A stretch of DNA of 41,790 nt, taken from Octopus sinensis. Its lineage: Eukaryota. Below are positions 32,678 to 41,790 of this stretch, in pieces (position 1 is the stretch's first letter; each line of letters opens with the position of its first letter). The notes beneath the pieces are model-generated. The model did no database searches and was not told the origin of the DNA. It saw only the letters and a list, made by a program, of their open reading frames with translations. The stretch covers positions 1 to 41,790 of the forward strand of contig NW_021835881.1 of NCBI RefSeq assembly GCF_006345805.1, read 5' to 3'. A program made the position numbers and the translations under genes.

Positions 32678-32952
32678 ATATTAAATTAGAGATAAAACCA
32701 CTATTAGGCAAATCAAACAATGAAAAACTTAAGCCAATACATAAAATTAATTAATTTATATTATTTTAAATATATATCAAAAATATTAAAAGTTTAATAA
32801 AAAGATAATGAGTGTTTTACTCATTATCTTTTATTTAAAGTTTTAATATTTTTCATATTATTTAAAATAATATAAATTAATTAATTTATGTATTAGCTTA
32901 AGTTTTTCATTGTTTGATTTGCCTAATAGTGGTTTTATCTCTAATTTGATAT
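32678..32952. repeat. Long AT-rich near-perfect palindrome (~135-bp arms, 5-nt loop)
   Basis: AAATTAGAGATAAAACCACTATTAGGCAAATCAAACAATG... / ...CATTGTTTGATTTGCCTAATAGTGGTTTTATCTCTAATTT; centre GAGT-GTTTT-ACTC (32810-32822). Confidence 0.92.
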
Positions 32953-33033
32953 ATATAATATTTTACTATAAATTGGATTCAATCCTAAATCTGATTTTTC
33001 CCTGTAAGTTTGGATTTATTCCCTAATATTTAT

Positions 33034-33101
<68 letters not shown>

Positions 33102-33143
33102 ATATAGAGAGAGAGAAGAGAGAGAGAGAGAGGAGAGAGAGAG

Positions 33144-33531
33144 AGTGGCTGTGGTGGTAAGTAGCTTGTTTACCAACCACATGGTTCCGGGTTCAGTCCC
33201 ACTTGGGCAAGTGTCTTCTACTATAGCCTCGGGCCGACCAAAGCCTTGTGAGTGGATTTGGTAGACGGAAACTGAAAGAAGCCCATCGTATATATGTATG
33301 TATATGTATATGTGTGTGTGCGTGTATGTTTGTGGTTGTCCCCCTAGCATGCTTGACAACCGATGCTGGTGTGTTTATGTCCCCGTCACTTAGCGGTTCG
33401 GCAAAAAGAGACCGATAGAATAAGTACTGGGCTTACAAAGAATAAGTCCCGGGGTCGAGTTGCTCGATTAAAGGCAGTGCTCCAGTATGGCCGCAGTCAA
33501 ATGACTGAAACAAGTAAAAAGAGTAAAAGAG
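33144..33531 (+). mobile_element. SINE family B, near full length
   Basis: GTGGCTGTGGTGGTAAGTAGC...GGGTTCAGTCCC...GCAGTCAAATGACTGAAACAAGTAAAAAGAGTAAAAGAG. Confidence 0.88.
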
Positions 33532-33539
33532 TATATATA

Positions 33540-33606
<67 letters not shown>

Positions 33607-33611
33607 TATAT

Positions 33612-34500
33612 ACAAAGAAGCCTTCACCATCATCACCCAGAATTTACCAATACTTCATAAGGGCCCCAAATTAAAGGAAATTCTAAAAAATACACCAAAT
33701 CATTAAAAGCTACAAACAACCTAAATCACTTAAAAAGATTCTCACAAAGGCAAAATTGTTTTCTGAAATTACGGATGCAAAAGTAAAAAAATGTGGTAGA
33801 TCGAACTGTGCAACATGTCCAAACCTGCTAGAAGGATCAGAATTCCTCTTTAAAGAGGGACAGAAATTCAAGATCAAATCTAACTTTACTTATGCCTCTG
33901 AAAACATAATTTATGTCATAAAATGCTCGGGCTACCACCAAGACTACGTGGGATCCACGGGACTATCACTCAGACGTAGATGCACACTGCATCGACAATA
34001 GATTGCATTCCCAGAATACAGAATGATACCTTTTAGTGAGCACATTGAGAAATGCGCAAAGCAACTACTACCACAATTTTTAATCTTTCCATTTTACCAA
34101 TGTGCTATCTGATCATCAACACAAATCAGACTAAACAAGGAAACATTCTTCATTGAAAAGTACAAGCCCAGACTTAACCATTCCAACATACTGATACAGA
34201 GAAATTCACACCAAGGGAAAGGCAAAAAATTTTAAGCGATTATCTCCCTTATACCGGAAGAAATCACTCATTACCTCCCCTTATTTAGAACTCTTTTAAA
34301 CATAAACATAACGATAACTCTGTTCAACATAAACTTAACGTCGTAAGAAATTTGAAAAGCTAAACGCGAAACCGGTCTTTCTTCTAAATTATGTCATTGT
34401 AAGAGAAAAGATTTTTTAATATTCTTCAGATATTGACTCAAATATATATATTTTTAACCTTTAAGCCTTCTGTAGTTTTTTCACTTTTTACTATTTTCTG
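33612..34500 (+). mobile_element. Penelope-like element 3' part (Neptune-like Cys linker plus GIY-YIG endonuclease, disabled)
   Basis: IIKSYKQPKSLKKILTKAK...CGRSNCATC...SENIIYVIKCSGYHQDYVGSTGLSLRRRCTLHRQ*...FSEHIEKC...FPFYQ...KETFFIEKYKPRLN; (TA)n on both sides. Confidence 0.9.
34345..34383 (+). ncRNA. Atypical hammerhead-like motif (UUGAAAA core) in PLE 3' end
   Basis: AAGAAA-U-UUGAAAA-GC(uaaac)GC-GAA-ACCGGU-C-UUUCUU; 6-bp stem I, GUC triplet. Confidence 0.5.
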
Positions 34501-34524
34501 TATATATATATATAATTATATATA

Positions 34525-34566
<42 letters not shown>

Positions 34567-34574
34567 ATATACAT

Positions 34575-34738
34575 ACGACGGACTTCTTTCAGTTTCTTTC
34601 TACCAAATTCACTCAGAAGGCTTTGGTCAACCCGAGGTTATAGAAGACACCTGCCCAAGGTGCCACGCTGTGTGACTGAATCTGGAACCATGGCGGTGGG
34701 GAAACGAGCTTCTTACCACACAGCCACACCTCCACCTA
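34575..34738 (-). mobile_element. SINE family B 5' half
   Basis: TACGACGG.CTTCTTTCAGTTT...CCCAAGGTGCCACGC...CTTACCACACAGCCACACC. Confidence 0.8.
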
Positions 34739-34957
34739 TTGTACTACAAACTTCATGTTTTACAAAGCTTTGATGCGGGAGAGAAACTCAACCATGTTGT
34801 AAAAGCTTAAGAACATGCAATACCTACAATAGGAATAACACGTGATAAAATTAGATGTAGTGATCGGGTAGTTACTCCGTTAACCACTCGGTATAGATTT
34901 GATATGATGTAGGTAAGATTGGATGCAATGTGCTGATAGACACAATGGTCATTTTAA

Positions 34958-35212
34958 AATAAATGCACCCTTTTTAAAGCCTAGCCAGGCTCATGGGCCC
35001 GGTTTCCCGGTTTCTATGGCGTATGTGTTCCCCAGCTAGACGGGACGCCATTCCATCGCAGCGTTACTCATTTTTACCAGCTGAGTGGACTGGAGCAACG
35101 TGAAATGAAGTGTTTTGCTCAAGAACACAACGCGTCACCCGGTCCATGAATCGAAACCACAATCTTACGATCATGATGCTGACACCCTAACCACTAAGCC
35201 ATGCGCCTCCAC
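34958..35212 (-). mobile_element. tRNA-derived SINE, family D (diverged copy ~38665-38866, fragment ~13795-13845)
   Basis: Head GTGGAGGCGCATGGCTTAGTGGTTAGGG...GGTTTCGATTC; body GGGACGCCA.TCCATCGCAG on the plus strand. Confidence 0.85.
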
Positions 35213-35302
35213 AATGGTCGTTCTAGCGCAAACTAAAAATTTGTGTAACACTTTTTAAAAAGTGAAGTATACCATTTCTAATGCAAAGCTTTTCCTGATT
35301 AG

Positions 35303-35640
35303 TACTCTTTTACTCTTTTACCTGTTTCAGTCATTTGGACTGTGGCCATGCTGGAGCACCGCCTTTAGTCGAGCAAATCGACCCCAGGACTTATTTTTTG
35401 TAAGCCTAGTACTTATTCTATCAGTCTCTTTTGCCGAACCACTAAGTTACGGGGGACGTAAACACACCAGCATCGGTTGTCTAGCGATGTCGGGGGGGGG
35501 GGGGACAAACACATACACACAAACACATACACACACACATACATATATATATAAATATAAATAGATATATATATACGACGGGCTTCTTTCAGTTTCCGTC
35601 TACCAAATCCACTCACAAGGCTTTGATCAGCCCGAAGCTA
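35303..35640 (-). mobile_element. SINE family B lacking its head
   Basis: (TACTCTTT)n...TGGCCATGCTGGAGCACCGCC...CAGTTTCCGTCTACCAAATCCACTCACAAGGCTTTG. Confidence 0.85.
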
Positions 35641-36533
35641 TTGGTTGCTAGTTTAAAAATTTAAGAGGCGTCTTGTTGAGAACCACTAAATTAATCGAAG
35701 AAGCTCCCAGTGTTGATACTAATTAACATGAAATGCTGCAAAACTTATTGCTGAAGGATGCAACATATCAGAACAAGAGAACAATATTGATGAAACTGAA
35801 CTCCTCTGGAAATGCGTAATTACTTGGAATAATAATTCTAGACAAGAAAAATCAGAACAACCCATAAGGCTTATAAAAATCGTCTGACAATCCCTGTAGG
35901 AGGAATTGCTGCTGTTTGATATGAAATTGAAACCCTTAGTTGTGTATCACTTCGAAACTTCAAGGGATCTCAAGGGCTTTCAAGTGTTACGCTTGAAAGA
36001 GTAATGACTATAATGGTTATATCATACAAATATACTGATATTTAATTATAAGGGACCTATGTAAAATGCTGTCGTGTATGAAGATGTGAAATGTAAAAAT
36101 ATGCGCACACATACTGTATATCTGCAGGTGTAATCGCATATATCTATAATTTGTAAGACGACATGTATGGACATAAACGCCTAAATGTTAAGCCAGCAAT
36201 TAAAGATATTTAATAAGCCTCGAGTCCAATGCACCCCTCCCCATGCACACATATACATATAGGCATGTGATGAGCTTCTGAATATTTTCACTTAATCAAG
36301 TTCCACTCATAATGGTGAAAACAAGGCTCTAGTCGGAGACAGACGTGTCTCGTCGTATGTCCTGAGATTTAACTCGGAACCTCCTGACTGGAAAGCGAAT
36401 TTACCACGCTTATTTCCTAAGCATAGAAAGCCACCATGGGGTCATCCAACCTGCAAAACAAAACGACGCAAAAGCATATTTTGAGCAATAAATAGGTACT
36501 ACATTCGGCCAACAGAAAGCAACAGCAACAGCA

Positions 36534-36722
36534 GTGGAGACGCAATGGCCCAGTGGATAGGGCAGCGGACTCGCGGTCGTAAGAACGCGGTTTCGATTCC
36601 CAGACCGGGCATTGTGAGTTGAGTGTTTATTGAGCAAAAACACCTAAGCTCCACGAGGCTCCGGCGGGGGTGCTGGTGAACCCCACTGTACTCTTTCACC
36701 ATAACTTTCACTCTTTCTTCCT
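36534..36722 (+). mobile_element. SINE family C 5' half
   Basis: Reverse complement of 21350-21542. Confidence 0.85.
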
Positions 36723-37509
36723 ACTTCTGCCACAAAGCAGAGGAACCATGGTGTAACCCACTATGGTGTAGTAAACCTTCAGACCCAAGTCTAGATTGCG
36801 AATCCTCTGTACCCTAGGATGGTTCAGCTCTCCACCCGTTAAAAGCCACCGTTTACGGAATGAGGATGACAACGTAGCTTTCGCGCCCGTGCAACCGCCA
36901 ATCTATCGCGTGTGGTGGGTGGATCTTCAAGTTGCCACACAAATTCTTAGTAACTTAGAGTAGGCTCGAATTAGAGATTATTCTTTGTGGCTAATGGCTT
37001 GAGTCCTGATTGGAAGAAGAAGAAGACAGCAACAACAGTGTACAAAGTAATACATTTAATCCTTCATAAATGACGTCAGTCTCAACTGAGTTTCTGACTT
37101 CTCAACAAACCACAATAAACTACAAAACACTCCAGACAGCACCATTTCGTATTATAGTGCATCGTAGACAGACCACACCCATTGATCACCTACACAAGAA
37201 AACAAAGTCATCAAAAGTTGAAGACCGCTTCGACATGATACAAAGAAGAGTTTGTTTCTGCAGGAAACTTCGATAACTATAGTTCTTAACATTATGGGGG
37301 CAAAACAAAAACCCAACAAAAAACACTTAGACATATACAAGGGCATGAGAATAGTACTACAACAGTATTCGTATCCTAAAAGCAGTATTTCTCCCATTAG
37401 ACCGGAAGAAACATATATAAATACATACACATAGAAATAATTATATAAGTGTTACAATCCATCAAATGGACCGAACTGTCATATAGACTAAATCTCTTTT
37501 GTTCACGTT

Positions 37510-37805
37510 TGTTGTAGCTGCCATCTGCTGACGTCAGATATAGACTAGACAGTGGAGAGACTGCAAATACCCAGGTTGTCATGTTACATCCCGAGCAATT
37601 CTTCTCTGCGTGTCGGACTGTGAAGTATGATATTCATTTGGGTGGATGCTTCACATGACTGGTTAAGATCGCCTATTGTCATCTGTCCGATTATTGACAG
37701 TAGTAGGAGCGATTGCTCAGGGCCGACTTGGAGGCTACAAAGTACGGCTATCTTCGTTCTCTACGACTGTTAGATCAGGGCTGTACTGGTGGGGGCTACG
37801 TAACA
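37510..37805. mobile_element. Possible solo LTR
   Basis: ~296 bp, GC-richer, bounded by TGTTGTAGC...GCTACGTAACA (TG..CA with a short imperfect IR). No TSD seen. Confidence 0.35.
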
Positions 37806-37821
37806 ACAACAACAACAACAA

Positions 37822-37863
<42 letters not shown>

Positions 37864-38004
37864 CACCACCACCACGACTACTTCTACAGAAGGTGTAATC
37901 CATAATCAGGGGAAATATTGATGGTCAACATCGACAACAATTAACTAATAGAGGAGTTCTTAGAAAACTTTAATAAATTCAACTGAACAAAAAGGACTGA
38001 AGAA

Positions 38005-38038
38005 TCTAACGTTTCGGGATTTTACCCTTCATCAGAGA
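38005..38038 (-). ncRNA. Minimal type I hammerhead ribozyme with canonical core
   Basis: UCU-CUGAUGA-A-GGG(uaaaau)CCC-GAA-ACGU-U-AGA. Confidence 0.7.
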
Positions 38039-38909
38039 ATGAAGCAAGTTGGGAAAGTTGTTATATGCATTACTATTCTTACAGATACTGTCTTTATCAA
38101 TAAGAATAAGTCTAGTTAGAAATGTGTCAAATTAATTTAGCGTTGGCTCTTGAGAAGTTGCTTATTATATTTCATCCATCCTTTCTCGACAAAGTTGCAT
38201 GAACGTAATGTAATCTGCGACTCCTTGCAGAGTGATAGAAGCATTGTCGATGTATATGGTGTATCTTGAGTATTTTTAACCTGGCGGATCCCAATCCACA
38301 GCTGGTCTAACCATAACGAACTTCTTATAGAGACAGAAGGGGAGAGGAGTCAGAGAGCAGGATCTATTTCTGTACTGGATTGGTTTTTGGAGTTACTGGC
38401 GCTGAGATGCCGAAAGGCAAAATTGACATCAGCGGGATTTGAACTAGAACGAATAACGCGGGGTCATTCGAGCCAATACTCTAACTAAGTCTGCCTATTC
38501 GCCGCTCACATTACATTGCACGTACAAGGAACAGAAGAGTATTTATGCAATTGTTAAGATGGAAAGAGTTACCCGTTTACCTTCAAACCAAATTATACCA
38601 TCATAAAACAATGCATGATTACATTAAGTAATGATCTCTTCAATATGAGTCTATATAGACTCATATAGCCTCACGGGGCTGGTTTCTCGGTTTCCAGGGC
38701 ATATAACTTTCCCCACTTGGACGGGACGCCGGTCCGTCACAAGATTACGGAGCAACATGAAATCATGTGTTTTTCTCAAGAACACAATGCATTGTCCGGT
38801 CCAAGAATCAAAACTACAATCTTATTATGATGAGTCCAACACCTTAACCATTAAGCCAGACGCCACCATGTTTTAGATATAGTTCGAGTTACACAATGCT
38901 TTTGAAAAA

Positions 38910-39280
38910 TAAGATCAAGATGGTCGTAGATGGATTGTCTTTCGCCAGAGTTCTTCTCGACTGAGGCTGAGCAGAGCGATAAACAACAATCATTTGATTG
39001 GTCATAGATGAATTGTCTTTGATCGTAGTTCTGCTTGATACAAGGCTGAATGGAAGTCAAAGATCAACTTGGTTGGTTAAAGATGGAATTGCCTTTGATC
39101 AGGGGTCGGACAAGAGCTAAAAATCAACTTGATGGTCATTGATGAATTGTCTTTGGTTGGAGTTATGCTCGATCAGGGATTGTACAGGAGCTAAACACCA
39201 ACTTGATCACAAATGAATTGAATTTGATTACAGTTCTGCTCGACCAGGGGTTGAACAGGAGCTAAAAAAAAAACAACCTG
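38910..39280. repeat. Degenerate ~55-75-bp minisatellite, ~5 units
   Basis: Recurring TGGTCATAGATGAATTGTCTTTGATC..AGTTCTGCTCGA.CAGGG.TGAACAGGAGCTAAA...CAACTTGA. Confidence 0.75.
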
Positions 39281-39729
39281 ATTCGATCGTTCCACCTATC
39301 TTGCTGATGAAATTACTCCTTCTGCCGCCGGTGGCCCACTTTGCCGGACATACCTGGTGGACGAGGAAACTAATGTATATATTAATAACTTGTAGGTACG
39401 TGGTATTTCGTTATTCAACCATAAAATACTATAAAGTATATTAAGCGATTTTATAAGTCAATACAGTATTCCACTGTGTTAGCAGTGTGCTTTACATCAC
39501 TTGTTAAGGTTATTTCTACAGATTTTCTATAGAAAGTAAGGGGTTAGATGGGTGCTGATGAAGGAGCATAAACTCTTGAAATATGGCATATAAGCCCATT
39601 AATCTTTTTTCATCTTCGATTTCAATGTTTGTTTACATCTGACGTCTCGGATATCAAACGTCGTAACAAAAATCAGTGGTGGCTATAATTTCTATAGACT
39701 AGCTGTCGAAATAACCTTAACAAGTGGTG

Positions 39730-39765
<36 letters not shown>

Positions 39766-40020
39766 TGCTGAACAACTCCAGCATTTCAAAGTGTCGACTA
39801 GCTTGTGACACCGGGAAATTGGACTTAGAACATTCTACGATGAACGAGGAAGCAACAAAGAGTTTGGGATGTTTCAAGCTTTTAAATGAATTTTGTATTA
39901 CTATGTTTAGAAATCTTACTTGGTTAAATTCGAACTAACAATCATTGAATCTCTGGTGTCTCAGAAAAAAAAATTAGTTATAATGTAGGAGACGTGTTCC
40001 ATTTTGGCTCACTCTCGTCC

Positions 40021-40148
<128 letters not shown>

Positions 40149-41182
40149 CACTCATTCAGTCTATCACTCTCTCATTCAGTCCGTCTCTTCCCTTCCGATT
40201 TTAGTGTTTGCTGCATTTTGCTCGCGCTTTCTCCCAATATATATGTGTGTGTAAGCATGCGCGCGCGCACGTGTGAATGTGACCATGTGTGTATGTGTGT
40301 GGTGGGATTGTATGACGTTACTGATATGTAGTGACATAGTGCGCGTTTTCACCGCCCTGTGCTGTAGCCAAATCGGCTACTCCACTTCCTTAAATGTAAC
40401 ACATTTGCGACAATAACAAACACACAGGTGTGTCTGAGTGTGTCTGTGTATTTATATATGTGTGTGTGTGTACGCGCGTGTGTATGTGTGTGTAGTGGCC
40501 GCTACGTCGCAGATGGTATAAACTGGGAGGCCTCTGAGAGACTACTCCATGTTAGTGTGGATACAGGGGGTAAATTATAAGCAATTTTCGCTACCAGCGG
40601 GTCATTCTCAGTATACACGCTGAAACAGAGTGAACTCATTGCTATCCACACATACACACATACACACACACACACACGTTTGGTGAACAGTAAACACTCA
40701 CGGAACTTGGAAGTAGCAACCGAAAGTAACCCCAGTAATAATTAATTCATCCTTATTCCATATCGTCCTTTTTCTCTCGAATATAAAATCAAATATACGT
40801 GAATACATAAGTAGCCATTTCAACTGAAATACAGCTATATATATATATATATACATATATATGCACATATATATGTGCATACGTATGCTCATATTTGCAT
40901 ATATGCATGTTGCATGTATATGTTTATATATGCAGGTGAGTATGTAATATATATATAAATATATGTATATGAAGGTGCGGGTATATATAGTCCACAGAAG
41001 AGATCCATATATTCTCAGTATAGGAGACAGTAGTTTCATAATTGCGTATATATTTGTATGTATATATATGTATGTATGTATGTATTTATGTATTTATGTA
41101 TGTATGTATGTATGTATATAATAGTATGTATGTGTGTGTGTATGTGTGTGTGCATGTGTGTGTGTGTGTTTGTGTGTGTATA

Positions 41183-41422
41183 CAGTATTCCCTCTACTAT
41201 CGCGGGTGTTACGTTCCAAAACATCCCGCGATAGGTGAAAATCCGCGAAGTAGAAACAGTACTGAACTGTATATATTTTATTATTATTATTATTTATTAT
41301 TTGCATATATTTATTTTATTATAAATACAAAACAATACCACAGAGGAATCGACGTAAGCTTAAATAATAAACCGCGATGGGTGAACCGCCGTAGGTCAAC
41401 TGCGACAAGGCGAGGGATTACA
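41183..41422. mobile_element. Tigger/pogo-like MITE
   Basis: TA-CAGTATTCCCTC... and ...GAGGGATTAC termini; internal CCGCGAT.GGTGAA repeats. Confidence 0.7.
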
Positions 41423-41447
41423 TATGTGTATGTATATATGTATATAT

Positions 41448-41478
<31 letters not shown>

Positions 41479-41518
41479 ATATCTATATATATATTATATA
41501 TATATATATATATACTAC

Positions 41519-41790
41519 GTGGAGTAGTGATTAGAATATTCAGAATGATCGCGTGTTTGATTCTCGTCGGCGCGTTGTGGCCTTCGGTAGGACGTTTTAT
41601 TTCACCTTACTCCAGGCACCCAGCTGGCAAAAATGAGTTGTACCTGTAATTCGAAAAGGCGTCTTGTAAACTTTTGGGCCATGCTGAATCGACGTTAAGG
41701 GTAGCGGTACTACGGAGTGTTCAGCCACTTGTGCGTTAAATTCAGGAGCGGGCTGTTACGTTGATCGGAGCAACTGGAGTACTCGTCGCC
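41519..41790 (+). mobile_element. Old tRNA-derived SINE related to families C/D
   Basis: TGGAGTAGTGATTAG head; CAGCTGGCAAAAATGAG; ACGTTAAGGGTA...GGAGTGTTCAGCCACTTG matches the 3' half of the family C copy. Confidence 0.7.

Noticed and set aside
35645-36100. Possible decayed coding or transposase sequence
   Set aside because: Stops in the frames I read and no motif I could identify.
38910-39280. Repeat array superficially like CRISPR or a ribozyme array (TGATGAA words)
   Set aside because: Eukaryotic context, no unique spacers, degenerate units, no GAAA/stem geometry.

Overview
AT-rich, microsatellite-dense eukaryotic non-coding DNA. The tRNA-derived SINE families, R4/Dong, HERO, RTE and Penelope-like (PLE) relics and the (TA)n/(CATA)n/(TAA)n tracts strongly resemble an octopus (cephalopod) genome; this is inferred from repeat content only. 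I see no intact host gene. Almost all listed ORFs are microsatellite translations or decayed transposon fragments. The main hidden signal is RNA-level. Four mutually unrelated 0.4-0.5 kb tandem-repeat families (14.2-15.6, 19.65-20.4, 20.4-21.15 and 29.6-30.9 kb) each carry one type I hammerhead ribozyme (HHR) per unit. Each HHR has a different palindromic stem III. Three of the four arrays start directly in a (TA)n tract. About ten more minimal or decayed HHR-like motifs sit in PLE 3' ends and short (TA)n-embedded elements. This looks like a diversified retrozyme (self-cleaving circular RNA) plus Penelope system that targets microsatellites. All folds were read by eye, and boundaries of decayed elements are approximate.
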